Shown here: piece by piece, positions 10,344 to 21,271 of the stretch
Layout of the letters: each line of letters starts with the position of its first letter
Numbering within the stretch: position 1 is the first letter of the stretch
IMG/VR virus record: IMGVR_UViG_3300001598_001658
Span: 1-64,000 of that record
Source of the DNA: a virus
Taxonomy: Duplodnaviria; Caudoviricetes
Length of the DNA: 64,000 nt
Reading direction: 5' to 3' (one strand)
Program-made: the position numbers and the translations under genes
The notes under the pieces: model-generated
The model's database searches: none
Told to the model about the DNA's origin: nothing
What the model saw: only the letters and a program-made list of their open reading frames with translations

Positions 10344-12197
10344 ATGAGTGGACTTATGTCATCTTCGCCTTATACAGACGACGCTGAGGATAGACAGGGA
10401 CGTGTTGCTGTCATATCTACAGAAGAATCTTGGTTTAATAAAAACACAACAGAAAATCCTGGAGGATTAGATAATCAGGTTCCTTATCCAAACGAATTCT
10501 GCCATACTCCAGAAGGTGATTTCGTTGTTTTGGCACGCGACCCTGAAACAAATGCAGTTGTCGCTAAATCAGCATCTAGAGATCTTCGTAAGAAGATCGA
10601 AAAACTTGAAAATGAACACATTTTCGAAAATGCAGAAGCATTTATGTTTAATGCATCTACAAACATTCTGTACTTCGATTCAGATCGTATGACGGTAAAA
10701 ATTTCACCAGAAAGAATTTTCGGTTCAAATTACAAATACTGGGCAATTCGTGGTGTTAGTGAAGACGGAAATGCTTCATATTACACTGGTATTTCAAATG
10801 ATATCGGTGATGGTTCGATTATCAGTCATCTTGTAAATACAGATATTGTAAGAGATGCTGAAGGAAATCTTATCGGTGTAACATGCTCTGGACATCTCGT
10901 TATGCCTCTTGTACATTCAAATAACTATGTAGTTCAGTTCTTCGATGCAGATCGTATTCTTATTGATCAGATTGCGTTCCAGGCATATTCTGTACGTGCA
11001 ATGACATTTGATGTAGCACCAGAAAATGCTATCACAGATATTATTCTTGGAGCAACAGGTGTTACAACAGGCGACATTATCAATCTTGCTCAGAATGCAT
11101 CTTGGAAGGATCTTAATATCCGTGTAAGCTTGGTTTATGCAAATGGTGTAAATAGAGATGTAACACCAGAATGGGTTATCAATGGTAGCTCAAACGGTAG
11201 AGTTGTAATCTCTGGCCTTGATGCTATCAACAGCTCTATTATCACTACTGATGGAGAAGATGGTTATCCTATTACAGTAACATATTTTGCTTCATCTACA
11301 AATATTGATAATCCACAGGTTGATCCAGATACTTTAAGTATTTCACATACTTATAAAGTACACATCGTACCTAACAAAGAAGAAAGCATCTTCTCTGTAC
11401 TTCCAGTTGCATGGATTGAAGGTAATAGTAGTACAACATCTAAAATGCGCATGAAGATCTTCGGATTGAATCGTGAAGATGATTCTACTGGCGGAATTCA
11501 TTTTGTTGATCACACATATCGTCTTAAAGAAGATGCAGCAACAAATAAAAATGGTGAATTTGTATCTAATAGTGGATTCGTTGTACGCAATGAATCAAAT
11601 CCTGATACAATCTGTTATGAACTTGAAGGAGCAATCAATGACCCATCTGGTAATCAGTATGAACACGTAATTCAGGTTCCATATGGTTCGATTTCAAAAC
11701 TCCCATATGCATTTAAAACAGATGCATCGTATGCAAGAACTCATGTAAAGTTTACAGATTGTGTTAATGCTGAAAATACAAACAACCTCACTACATTCAA
11801 AACGCCACTTTTGGCAAATGTTGTTTCTGGTTCTGATCTTAAAACAAGAATTAAACTTATCAAAGAAGGATCTGTAACAACTGAAGAATATGCATCATCT
11901 CTTAAAGCTTCCCACAAAGCTTTTGTTGGTGGAAAAGAACTTACTGCTACACATATCAGAATCCGTAATGGTAAAAACCCAACATTCTGGCATGTAAGCA
12001 CGCCTGTTGAAATTACAAAGAGTATTTTCGAATCAGGTGTTCTTTTCAATCAGGGAAGTAGAGATAACGAAACTAATTTGGATGTTAAAACACCATTGGT
12101 TGTTGAATATATTAATATTCAGACAGATCCTACTACTTTAAATAGAGTTATTAATACTGTAGGACTTGAATTATATTTCGTAGACAGTAATAATTAA
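10344..12197 (+). CDS. Probable virion structural protein
   Basis: 617 aa, beta-rich composition, in the structural operon. Confidence 0.5.
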   Translation: MSGLMSSSPYTDDAEDRQGRVAVISTEESWFNKNTTENPGGLDNQVPYPNEFCHTPEGDFVVLARDPETNAVVAKSASRDLRKKIEKLENEHIFENAEAFMFNASTNILYFDSDRMTVKISPERIFGSNYKYWAIRGVSEDGNASYYTGISNDIGDGSIISHLVNTDIVRDAEGNLIGVTCSGHLVMPLVHSNNYVVQFFDADRILIDQIAFQAYSVRAMTFDVAPENAITDIILGATGVTTGDIINLAQNASWKDLNIRVSLVYANGVNRDVTPEWVINGSSNGRVVISGLDAINSSIITTDGEDGYPITVTYFASSTNIDNPQVDPDTLSISHTYKVHIVPNKEESIFSVLPVAWIEGNSSTTSKMRMKIFGLNREDDSTGGIHFVDHTYRLKEDAATNKNGEFVSNSGFVVRNESNPDTICYELEGAINDPSGNQYEHVIQVPYGSISKLPYAFKTDASYARTHVKFTDCVNAENTNNLTTFKTPLLANVVSGSDLKTRIKLIKEGSVTTEEYASSLKASHKAFVGGKELTATHIRIRNGKNPTFWHVSTPVEITKSIFESGVLFNQGSRDNETNLDVKTPLVVEYINIQTDPTTLNRVINTVGLELYFVDSNN

Positions 12198-12225
12198 GAT
12201 TAAAAGGATTTAATGGAGGAAAAGT

Positions 12226-15200
12226 ATGGCTAAAGATATAGAAACCAAACTTAACGAAGTTAAATCTTTTATGGATAATGGAGCCTTTGTTTTCAAATAT
12301 TCGAAATCAAAGGCTTTTGCTATCCATAAAAATCAACTCTTCAAAAATCAGATGTATAATTATTCTACAGATGTAAATGGAAGAGAACTTTTAACTCGAA
12401 AAAATTTACCTGAAGTAAAAAGAGAAAAAATTAAACAAATTACAGTTAACGGAATCTTATATGATTCTGGACGTGTTATAGCATATAATCAATATATTGA
12501 CAATTATTATGAAGAAATAAATTTCACAAATGTTGAAAATGAAAATAATAATTTTGTTAAAGATTACGGAATTAAAATAACTAGTGATCCATACAATCTT
12601 TATATTTTAACAGCTATGGGAAAAATATATAATAGATCTTTACATGATGGCCATTATTTCTGGGGAGTTGAATTTAATTTCGAAAGAGATTTGGGTTGTA
12701 AAGTTGGATATAAAAATATTTTTGCTGGAACTTATTGTGAGAATAATATAAATTATTATGGTTTATATATTTTAACATCTAATGATGAATTATATTTTTA
12801 TTCTAAGGAATATTGGTATTCTGATGATAAACGAAACGAAACAAAATATCTTAAATCTTTAGGTGTTTATAAAAATATTAAAGATATTAAAAGTGCTTAT
12901 AATCGTACTTTTATTATTATGGAAAATGGTGAAGTATATGCTAATGGTAATGATAATTACGGAACATTAGGTTTAGGTATCAATATTGATAATATAAATA
13001 GATCTGGTTTTAATAAAGTATTTAGTTCTTTCACACAAGATATTAAAGATGATCAGATCTTCAATATTTCAATCAAAGATGTTGGTATTGGTAAGTATCA
13101 TACTATTTTCTTATTAACTGATGGAACCGCTATCGGATTTGGTAATAACAGTTATTATCAGTTAGGATTTGAAAACGATGTATCTATATATAATACTATT
13201 AAACGAATCCAATATCCAAATTCGTATTTCAAAGAAGTTAAATGTACTGATTATGGTACTGTCTTTTTAACATTTGATGGTAAGTTTATTTATACTGGTA
13301 CATTTGTTAATGGTGAACTTGCGCTCTTTAATGAAAATAAGAAAATTTATGAATTAGATAAAGATGGAAATGAAAATAAAAATGCATTGATTTCAGATAT
13401 TAAAACTATCATGGTTGATGGTGAATCATATACGAGATTTTTACAAACCGCTAAACCTACAAAAATTGCGAGAGAAAAAAATGCAAATAATACATATGAA
13501 CCAATTTTCTATGTTAAATTATATAATGAACCAAGCGTTTCTGGTGTTTTAGTAGTCAAAGAAAATGGATTGATTTATTATTCTGGATTTAATGAAGGAA
13601 TCATTTGTCGTAGAGATCTTCTCAATATTCCACTTAGAGAATGGACTCCAATCGAAGACAATACAAATAATATTAAACGTATTGTTGATAAAAATAAAGA
13701 ATATTGGTCATACTACACAGATTTGATTTATAGAAATGATATCTTAAATAAAAATGAAGTTGTTGGTATTTTCTATAAAACAGCGAATGGTAAATGGATT
13801 GATTGGATGAAATACATGGAAAAATGTATCGATTTGTCGGCAATTAAAAATAATATCAAGACTGAATATGATGTGAATAATGAAGAATTATACTCTCATA
13901 TTAATTTTGATTCATATGCTGCATATATTGAATCACATCCATCTCTTGAAAGCGAATATGAAATCAATAAACGTTTTATACCTGAAGTTGATTATATCGA
14001 TGAAAATCTGAATATTTGGCATATAAATGTGGGTGATAATATTGCTTGTCATTTATATACAAAAACAGAAATCGATAGAGCAAATTTACCTATAACTGAA
14101 GTTCTTAGTACTAGAATAGCATTGCTTAATGAATATAAAGAAAGATTAAATAAAACAAGCGATCCTGAAAATATTGAAAAATATCAAACTCAAATCGCTA
14201 TTATTGAATCTCAAATTGAAGAATATGAAGATGCAATTAAGAGCAATAATTCATTGATTGATAAAATATCAACAGATGATTATCTTGAATTTGCAGATTC
14301 TATTTCATTTGATTCTATGAAAGTTGTAGGAAAAGAACTTAAAACTGTTAAGTATACTCATTCTAAATTCACAGAATCAGGAGACTTTTCTTATTCGGAA
14401 CCAGTTATCGTAGAAAAAGATGGAGTATCTTGTATAGATAAAGAAACAACTATTAAAACAGTTGAATCTAATATCACAAAAATTAAATTCGAATTAATCA
14501 ATTATGATCGCAATAGCGATCCAACAGTTGATGATATTCCTGAATTGAGAGATGATGTTAAATTATCAATACAAGATGATCCTAATGATGATAAAGAATA
14601 TTCTTTTGATGATTTGTTAATCTGGATGAATGGTAAATTCGTAAATAACGATCATTATCTCGATGGTAATAGAAAATCATTCTGTATTAGAGATGGACTT
14701 AGTCAAATAGGTTCTAGACGCATTTGTGAATATCCTGATTTAGGAGAACCAAAACAGACAGATGAAATGCCAAAATTATCCGTTGATAGTGCAACTGTTA
14801 TCGAACCATCTGTTCCTACTGAATTGCGATGGGATATTAATCTTAAAGCATTTGGATGGGAAAATGTTAAAATCGATGGACCTTATCAGATTCACTCTAT
14901 GGAAAATGATGCAATGATTGATTGTGAGCTTAGAAAAAATAGAGGTTTCTATTTTGGAGAAGTTTATGTTCAAGTATTTAATCAGTTTAAACTTAGAAAT
15001 AGAAAATGTGAAAAAGGAACATTTATTTTATTCATGGATGGTGGTATCGTTACACCTGATGAATATGATGTAGAGATTATTGAAAATGATACATATATTA
15101 CTCTTAAGAATTTCACCGAATATATCGCTACAATTCTTAGAGAAAATATTGATGTTACAAAACCTGGTTATGCAGGTCATGTAAAACAGATTGTATCGTC

Positions 15201-15648
15201 ATATGAAAATATGTCACAGTTCTCTATTGCATTTGTTTCATCTAAAGAAAAATACAAGAAAATTAAATTATATTATGAAAGACAGATGATTCGCAATTAT
15301 CCAAAACCAAATCAGATTACATTCAGAAAGATTAAATATAACGATTTAATTCTTTTTGATGGATATTACATCCCATATCTTTGGGATTCATTACGTACAA
15401 TTAGTATCCCTGATACATTTGGTACCTCAAAACAGGCTATCAATAGTTATATTGTACATAGTGACATTTACAAACTTCAGCCATATCATACTTACAAACG
15501 CGAAGATGAAATGGGCGATATTGAATGTAAAACATTTGCTTTGGAAACAGGATTGATTTCTGATGTTCAGTTTGAAGGTTTCACTACTGAACATATTCGA
15601 AAGAATATTGTGAAACCATACATCGAAGCTATCATAAAAGAAGTTTAA
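12226..15648 (+). CDS. RCC1/BLIP-II-repeat-containing virion protein
   Basis: RCC1-like repeats GEVYANGNDNYGTLGLG and GKYHTIFLLTDGTAIGFGNNSYYQLG. Confidence 0.7.
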   Translation: MAKDIETKLNEVKSFMDNGAFVFKYSKSKAFAIHKNQLFKNQMYNYSTDVNGRELLTRKNLPEVKREKIKQITVNGILYDSGRVIAYNQYIDNYYEEINFTNVENENNNFVKDYGIKITSDPYNLYILTAMGKIYNRSLHDGHYFWGVEFNFERDLGCKVGYKNIFAGTYCENNINYYGLYILTSNDELYFYSKEYWYSDDKRNETKYLKSLGVYKNIKDIKSAYNRTFIIMENGEVYANGNDNYGTLGLGINIDNINRSGFNKVFSSFTQDIKDDQIFNISIKDVGIGKYHTIFLLTDGTAIGFGNNSYYQLGFENDVSIYNTIKRIQYPNSYFKEVKCTDYGTVFLTFDGKFIYTGTFVNGELALFNENKKIYELDKDGNENKNALISDIKTIMVDGESYTRFLQTAKPTKIAREKNANNTYEPIFYVKLYNEPSVSGVLVVKENGLIYYSGFNEGIICRRDLLNIPLREWTPIEDNTNNIKRIVDKNKEYWSYYTDLIYRNDILNKNEVVGIFYKTANGKWIDWMKYMEKCIDLSAIKNNIKTEYDVNNEELYSHINFDSYAAYIESHPSLESEYEINKRFIPEVDYIDENLNIWHINVGDNIACHLYTKTEIDRANLPITEVLSTRIALLNEYKERLNKTSDPENIEKYQTQIAIIESQIEEYEDAIKSNNSLIDKISTDDYLEFADSISFDSMKVVGKELKTVKYTHSKFTESGDFSYSEPVIVEKDGVSCIDKETTIKTVESNITKIKFELINYDRNSDPTVDDIPELRDDVKLSIQDDPNDDKEYSFDDLLIWMNGKFVNNDHYLDGNRKSFCIRDGLSQIGSRRICEYPDLGEPKQTDEMPKLSVDSATVIEPSVPTELRWDINLKAFGWENVKIDGPYQIHSMENDAMIDCELRKNRGFYFGEVYVQVFNQFKLRNRKCEKGTFILFMDGGIVTPDEYDVEIIENDTYITLKNFTEYIATILRENIDVTKPGYAGHVKQIVSSYENMSQFSIAFVSSKEKYKKIKLYYERQMIRNYPKPNQITFRKIKYNDLILFDGYYIPYLWDSLRTISIPDTFGTSKQAINSYIVHSDIYKLQPYHTYKREDEMGDIECKTFALETGLISDVQFEGFTTEHIRKNIVKPYIEAIIKEV

Positions 15649-15653
15649 TTATT

Positions 15654-15690
15654 ACTACTCCGTCTTAATGACGGAGTAGTTTTTTATTTA
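15654..15690 (+). terminator. Intrinsic terminator
   Basis: ACTACTCCGTC-TTAAT-GACGGAGTAGT plus T-tract. Confidence 0.85.
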
Positions 15691-15737
15691 TTATATAAAA
15701 TAATTATATAAAAATATATTATTAGTGGAGGTTTAAT

Positions 15738-15956
15738 ATGAATGAAGATTTATATACAATGGCTGCAAAAATATTATTCGAATGTGATAATATGGCCAAT
15801 TCAGTAAAATCGCTAAGAGAGCAGTTAGATGCTGCACAAGCACAAGGTGCTACAGGTGTAATGCGAGATTTGGAGAGATGCAATAGAAGTGTTATTCGCG
15901 ATGGATTTCAAAAACTCGAAACTGCTATAACTACATTTACAGGAGCATTAAAATGA
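15738..15956 (+). CDS. Hypothetical protein
   Basis: GGAGG RBS; 72 aa, helical. Confidence 0.65.
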   Translation: MNEDLYTMAAKILFECDNMANSVKSLREQLDAAQAQGATGVMRDLERCNRSVIRDGFQKLETAITTFTGALK

Positions 15957-16273
15957 TAACTAATAAACAGAAAGATGATGCTATTGTAGCAATAAACGAA
16001 ATTAAATTAATAGTAAGTCAGATATTATTTTATTCATCAAACTCTTCACTTTTTAGCGAAATAGATTCTGCGATAGCTGCAGGAGCAGCTGGAGGTGCAG
16101 AAGGAGGAGATGCGGCAGCTGATGGTTCTGCTCCACCTGCAGCAGCTAGTGGAGATGCAGCGGCTGCTGGTACAGCTGTTGAGGATTTTAAAACATCTCA
16201 ACTCGAAACGTTAAAAACGAGATTAAAAACAGCTCAAGAAAAATTAAAACAGAATATACAAGGAAATATGTAG
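15953..16273 (+). CDS. Hypothetical protein with an Ala/Gly-rich linker
   Basis: AAGAAGGAEGGDAAADGSAPPAAASGDAAAAG segment; overlaps the stop of the upstream gene. Confidence 0.65.
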   Translation: MITNKQKDDAIVAINEIKLIVSQILFYSSNSSLFSEIDSAIAAGAAGGAEGGDAAADGSAPPAAASGDAAAAGTAVEDFKTSQLETLKTRLKTAQEKLKQNIQGNM

Positions 16274-16284
16274 GAGGAAATGAT

Positions 16285-17028
16285 ATGAAAAAATCAATAA
16301 GAAATCATATCGTAATTGAAGGCATCGATGGATGCGGAAAAAGTTCATTTTTAAAAGAATTTAAAAATGATGTTGAATTTAGTCCTAAAATTGAAGATGG
16401 TGAAGGAGGACATTCACCAAGTGATTGGAATGGAATAACAGATGTAACATTTGATGCAAGTCCATACGATTCAAAAGCTACTGCTTATATCAGAAGTCTT
16501 CTTTCATCAGATGATGATAGAGATTTAAGACCTGAATATAAAGCTGAAGCTTTATTGAAAGCATTTATGTCTGATAATATTATTCATTCAAGTGATATCA
16601 AAGAATATTTTGATTATCCTGGATGCACAAATTATCTTTTTACAGATAGATTTATTGCATCTACGTTGGCTTATCAGAGTCTTGACAATGGATTTGATAA
16701 AACTTGGGAAGAATTTGAAAATTCTAAAGTAAGCATTCCTGGACTTATCGTTTATTTTGATGTAGATGTTAAAACATCACTCAATAGAGTTTCTGGACGC
16801 GGCGAAGCAAAAGAAATTTTTGAAAAAGAAGCTACACTTGAAAAAGTCAAAGAAAATTATAAAAGTGTATTTAAACGAATGAAAGAAACATATGGAGATG
16901 AAATTCATATTGTTAAAATCGATGCAAATGCCGATGTTGAAACTGTATATCAGTGTGCTCGCAAAGCTATCTTCGATTATATACACGGTGATAAATTATC
17001 AGACTGCCCAGAATACAAGGTGAGATAA
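16285..17028 (+). CDS. tmk: Thymidylate kinase
   Basis: IEGIDGCGKS P-loop; TDRFIASTLAYQ. Confidence 0.9.
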   Translation: MKKSIRNHIVIEGIDGCGKSSFLKEFKNDVEFSPKIEDGEGGHSPSDWNGITDVTFDASPYDSKATAYIRSLLSSDDDRDLRPEYKAEALLKAFMSDNIIHSSDIKEYFDYPGCTNYLFTDRFIASTLAYQSLDNGFDKTWEEFENSKVSIPGLIVYFDVDVKTSLNRVSGRGEAKEIFEKEATLEKVKENYKSVFKRMKETYGDEIHIVKIDANADVETVYQCARKAIFDYIHGDKLSDCPEYKVR

Positions 17029-17029
17029 T

Positions 17030-17257
17030 ATGGGAATCAAAGTTGAAAAAGCATTAAATAATTTTTATGATTATTTTGAAAAAGATGGAAATGTAGAAGT
17101 CGTCGAAAAAGAAATCGATGAAAAAGTTGCAGAATATCGCAATGCTGCAATTAAAGGCGATACAATACTTGTAAAAGGTATAAATCAAAGAATCGAATAT
17201 CTTACAACAATTCTCGAATTACACAAAGCAATTAAATCTGAGAAAGAAGGAAGATAA
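17030..17257 (+). CDS. Hypothetical protein
   Basis: 75-aa ORF tightly packed in the operon. Confidence 0.6.
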   Translation: MGIKVEKALNNFYDYFEKDGNVEVVEKEIDEKVAEYRNAAIKGDTILVKGINQRIEYLTTILELHKAIKSEKEGR

Positions 17258-17258
17258 A

Positions 17259-17822
17259 ATGGATAAAGATGAATACTATTTAGACATTGCAAAAAGCGTT
17301 TCGCAAAAGTCTACTTGTATTCGTCGTCATTTTGGTGCTATCATTGTAAAGAATGATGAAATTATTTCGACAGGATATAATGGTGCACCAAGAGGACGTA
17401 GAAATTGTACAAGTATGGATAAATGTGTGAGAGACAAATTAAACATACCTCATGGACAGAGATATGAAATTTGTCGTTCGGTGCATGCAGAACAAAACGC
17501 TATTATTTCAGCTGCCAGACGCGATATGATTGATTCTACATTATATCTTGTTGGAGTAGATCCTAAGACAAATGAAGTTGTTGAAGGATTTCCATGCAAT
17601 ATGTGTGAACGATTTATCGTAAATTCAGGTATAAAAAATATTGTCGTATATTGTACTTTAGATACAATATTAAAATTTCAGGCCGAATCTGATGAATCTA
17701 TAAAGAAATATAAAGAATTGCAACCTGAAAAATTCAAAGATTTGAAAATAAAATCTTTTGATGTAGACAATGTTTTTATAAAACATGATAATTCATTAGA
17801 AGGTGAATCAAATTACAAATAG
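17259..17822 (+). CDS. dCMP deaminase (ComEB-like)
   Basis: STCIRRHFGA, TGYNG, HAEQNA, PCNMC. Confidence 0.92.
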   Translation: MDKDEYYLDIAKSVSQKSTCIRRHFGAIIVKNDEIISTGYNGAPRGRRNCTSMDKCVRDKLNIPHGQRYEICRSVHAEQNAIISAARRDMIDSTLYLVGVDPKTNEVVEGFPCNMCERFIVNSGIKNIVVYCTLDTILKFQAESDESIKKYKELQPEKFKDLKIKSFDVDNVFIKHDNSLEGESNYK

Positions 17823-17832
17823 GGGAAATGTA

Positions 17833-18075
17833 ATGATAGATAAAGTTGAAAATAAAATTTACAAAAATGATGAAGATAATCGAATCTATAAAGTAGAAAG
17901 TGTTGTTGATGTTTATAAACATAAAAATAAAAAAGTATTGTTTTGTCGTACAGGATACATTGAAACAGATACAATTTATTTAACCAATGTTTATATTGGT
18001 GTTGAACTCGAAGATGCTTTAAAAATATTTACACCTGCTCCAAAATTAGAAGTTATGCCGATTGGTGGTAACTGA
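17833..18075 (+). CDS. Hypothetical protein
   Basis: AGGGG RBS before ATG 17833. Confidence 0.6.
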   Translation: MIDKVENKIYKNDEDNRIYKVESVVDVYKHKNKKVLFCRTGYIETDTIYLTNVYIGVELEDALKIFTPAPKLEVMPIGGN

Positions 18076-18090
18076 TAAATATAAATGATT

Positions 18091-18127
18091 AATAATAGAG
18101 GTCTGTAATGACCTCTATTATTTTTTG
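18091..18127 (+). terminator. Intrinsic terminator
   Basis: AATAATAGAGGTC-TGTAAT-GACCTCTATTATT plus T-tract. Confidence 0.8.
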
Positions 18128-18178
18128 TATATTATTTAAAGATATAAGAATATATTTATATCTTATAAGGAGATTAAA

Positions 18179-18790
18179 ATGAATGAAGAAAAAAGAAGAA
18201 TGTGTCATATTGTAACAACAATATTGGCATTTATCGGTGCTATACTATGGTCATTATCAAAACCAACATTACACACAGCATGTATTCAGTCTATGACTCA
18301 ATCTGACGCAGAAATGTATAATAGAATTGAGATTTTATTATCTAATTCTTGTATGCTTTTTGTATGCTGTTTATGGGAAAAACTAAAACTTAAAAGATTA
18401 ATTGAAAAATTTCCGATTGTTATTGGTATTAGATTTTTATTTTTAATTGCATTGACTATCTTTGGAGTAGCAACTGGAGATGTTAGAAGTTATTACATAA
18501 TAGATATCTATTCCTATGCATTTTTGGCAACGTTAATGAATAGATGTTGTACTTCTATAAAGAATACTGTTTTTCAAGGCGAAGGGCGAGAAAAATATGA
18601 TATTCTTACAAAATGTGCAGGGTGTGCTGCTAGCATTATCATTTGTACATTATCTTTAATTCCAAACTTAATCAAAATCAGTATAAAGACTTCGATGATA
18701 TTATCTATGATGTGGATATTAGTTGATAGAGGCACTTGGCTAATTTGTTGGATAATTGAAAGAAAAGAGGGAGAAGAAATCGATGATTAA
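18179..18790 (+). CDS. Multi-pass membrane protein
   Basis: About 5-6 hydrophobic segments; AAGGAG RBS. Confidence 0.7.
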   Translation: MNEEKRRMCHIVTTILAFIGAILWSLSKPTLHTACIQSMTQSDAEMYNRIEILLSNSCMLFVCCLWEKLKLKRLIEKFPIVIGIRFLFLIALTIFGVATGDVRSYYIIDIYSYAFLATLMNRCCTSIKNTVFQGEGREKYDILTKCAGCAASIIICTLSLIPNLIKISIKTSMILSMMWILVDRGTWLICWIIERKEGEEIDD

Positions 18791-19023
18791 GCACAAATTC
18801 ATCCATTATGGATCTACTAAATATGATCCAGAAAAATTCGATTCAAATATTTGGCCAAGAAGCAACCGATGAAGAATATCATAAAAACTGGGATAAGATA
18901 TTCTCATCATATGATGGTATGTATGTTGCAGCTGGAAGTAGCGAAATTTTATATTATCAGTTTTATGGATGGGATTGTGATTCTATCTGCATATTCAATA
19001 AGAATATAATAATACCATTATAA
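18783..19023 (+). pseudogene. Disrupted phage hypothetical gene
   Basis: Coupled ATG 18783 gives MIKHKFIHYGSTKYDPEKF...stop 18872; the C-terminal part (YDG...YGWDCDSI) is in the +1 frame. Confidence 0.5.
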
Positions 19024-19033
19024 AAATCTTAGT

Positions 19034-19068
19034 AATAAAAGGAGACTATTGGTCTCCTTTTATTTTTT
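19034..19068 (+). terminator. Intrinsic terminator
   Basis: AATAAAAGGAGAC-TATTG-GTCTCCTTTTATT plus T-tract. Confidence 0.8.
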
Positions 19069-19075
19069 CCTATGA

Positions 19076-19118
19076 TTCGTAATAAACACGTTTTTTAATC
19101 GCATATTATATTGTGAAT
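19076..19118 (+). promoter_or_regulatory. Putative early promoter (bipartite), copy 1
   Basis: TTCGTAATAA-N16-CATATTATATTGTGAAT; identical boxes and spacing at 55052-55094. Confidence 0.65.
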
Positions 19119-19192
19119 AATAAGAAAATAACGAAATACATAATACTAATTAAAAAAGTTATAAATTAAAATGTATTTCGAAGAGAGGATAT

Positions 19193-19657
19193 ATGAAAAA
19201 ATTATTTATTCTTATAGTTATGGTTATGGCTGCTGCATCAGTATATGCAGAAAGAAAATTCGATGCTAAGGGAAACCTTATTGGTATTGAAAGAAACGAA
19301 AGAAAGTGCGGCGCTGCATACGGTGCAGAACTTCACTTTATTTCAATCGGCTCACGCTACTTCATTGAAAAATATGAAGTGGAAGGAAAAGAATTCATCT
19401 TAGTCACAGATGGATTTGAATCATATTTAATCCCAGACGAAAAATATACTCAGGTATACTGGAAGTATGAGATTAATATGGAACAGGTGCGCGTTATCGA
19501 TGATGATGTAGAATTCATCTGTCGCTTATTAATAAGTGATGATGAATATAAACCGATTCATCACTATGAAGAAATTGAGAATTATCTTGCTGCTAAAGAA
19601 GATAAAACTCAAATCGCAGTATATGTTGGAGGTTATTCGTTAGCCTCTAACTACTAG
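19193..19657 (+). CDS. Exported hypothetical protein
   Basis: Signal-peptide-like N-terminus MKKLFILIVMVMAAASVYA. Confidence 0.7.
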   Translation: MKKLFILIVMVMAAASVYAERKFDAKGNLIGIERNERKCGAAYGAELHFISIGSRYFIEKYEVEGKEFILVTDGFESYLIPDEKYTQVYWKYEINMEQVRVIDDDVEFICRLLISDDEYKPIHHYEEIENYLAAKEDKTQIAVYVGGYSLASNY

Positions 19658-19662
19658 CAACT

Positions 19663-19701
19663 AAAAAAATAAAGGAGGCGAAAAACCTCCTTTATTTTTT
19701 T
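19663..19701. terminator. Bidirectional terminator
   Basis: AAAAAAATAAAGGAGG...CCTCCTTTATTTTTTT between convergent genes. Confidence 0.85.
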
Positions 19702-19703
19702 CT

Positions 19704-20513
19704 TTAAATGATACATTTCATCAATGGCATTACAAATTCTTTATAATTTATAATACTCATTAATTTCGCATCGGAATTTTGAATCTCGACATCCGTTTCA
19801 ATCATCTCTTCTCCAATTTGATAAATAAATTTATTTTTATCATTCAAAGATCGATATATATTAATATCATCCGTTTCGATATATCTTTTTCGCATCTGTT
19901 TCATTAACTTCATACATTCGACTGTTCCAAAGCTTATAGTTGTTTCGAGAGTATTTAATAAGTCTTTGAAGTACAGATTTACAAAAGGACTTTCGTTAAC
20001 AGTTTGAACATTAATACCTTTGATTCGCAAGTTACCCGTAAGAGAATCGTATAAGATACTCTTAGATCCTAAACGATAGAAGCTACTATAAGAACCATCT
20101 TTGTTTCTAAACTCTACCTCAACACCGTCGACTTTTATTATTGTTTTGGTTGGAATTTTTTGTGCTAAAACTAAAGAGTCTTTTGTCGTTTCTATAATAT
20201 TGCTTATAAGAATTCCATTCTCTGCAATGAATTTCTTTTTAAATTTGAACAATAAATCTTGAAGCTTTTTTGATAAAGATGGATCCTTCTTTACCATATT
20301 ACCTATATAGATATTACGTTCAAGTTTATCAAGAGCGGCTAACTTTTCATATAACTTATCGCCATATAAAATACGAATCGCTACTAAATGTGCACCTTTA
20401 ATATCGTATTCGCATATTGTAGAATTTATGACATTGTTTATCGTGTCATTTCGCCAAATTTCTTTTGATAGAACAACATTTAATAACGATTCATTTCCGT
20501 TAATTTGTTCCAT
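19704..20513 (-). CDS. Small DNA-polymerase-palm-like protein
   Basis: EYDIKGAH (motif A-like), TTKDSL (motif C-like) and IKGI. Confidence 0.45.
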   Translation of the reverse strand: MEQINGNESLLNVVLSKEIWRNDTINNVINSTICEYDIKGAHLVAIRILYGDKLYEKLAALDKLERNIYIGNMVKKDPSLSKKLQDLLFKFKKKFIAENGILISNIIETTKDSLVLAQKIPTKTIIKVDGVEVEFRNKDGSYSSFYRLGSKSILYDSLTGNLRIKGINVQTVNESPFVNLYFKDLLNTLETTISFGTVECMKLMKQMRKRYIETDDINIYRSLNDKNKFIYQIGEEMIETDVEIQNSDAKLMSIINYKEFVMPLMKCII

Positions 20514-21123
20514 CCGACTTATCGTCGATGTTATTGAGAACAGAATCTACATATTTTTTAAGCGATTTGGCGAAATAGAATGCGCTCTCAGATGTACATT
20601 CATAAGTATGATTATTGTCACGAATTGCACTTGAAAGTGTTTCCAATTCAATAATATACATCGGAATTGATTGTGAACGTGCAATATTTATTTCCTGAAG
20701 CTGAGAATTTGTATAATGTTCGCCAACTTCTTCATTTGAATGAGTTGCCGCATATTCATTATATTCATCAACTTTTTTCTGAAGATCATTGATTATAGAA
20801 AGTAATTCTTCCTGACGAATAAGGAATATAAGACGCTGATTTTCTGCAATAATAGCCTGACGTGAAGCGAGTCTAAATTCATTCATAGTATGAATATATT
20901 CTTCGATATTCATGATACAGAATTTCGAAAGAATATTTTCGCCTTCATTTCTTTTCCAGATAAAGTGATTTGGATGATGATTTTTTGCAAATTCATCAAG
21001 TTCATTTGAAAGTTTGTTGCATTCTTCTTTTGATTTAAAAATTGAATCGAATGATGATTCATCAATTTTTGTATTAGAATTTACCAATTCTTCTACAATT
21101 GTTTTTTCCTTTTTGTCTTCCAT
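20500..21123 (-). CDS. Hypothetical coiled-coil protein
   Basis: GGAGG RBS before ATG 21123. Confidence 0.7.
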   Translation of the reverse strand: MEDKKEKTIVEELVNSNTKIDESSFDSIFKSKEECNKLSNELDEFAKNHHPNHFIWKRNEGENILSKFCIMNIEEYIHTMNEFRLASRQAIIAENQRLIFLIRQEELLSIINDLQKKVDEYNEYAATHSNEEVGEHYTNSQLQEINIARSQSIPMYIIELETLSSAIRDNNHTYECTSESAFYFAKSLKKYVDSVLNNIDDKSDGTN

Positions 21124-21271
21124 ATGTGAGACCTCCAATAATTTAAATGTATTATTAATAATAATACGTTTTTGGTTTTATAGAATATAATATATTTTTG
21201 TATTAAAACATAAAAATTATTATATATTATAAAATGCGAAAATAAAATTTTAATATATAGGAGGCTAGAGT

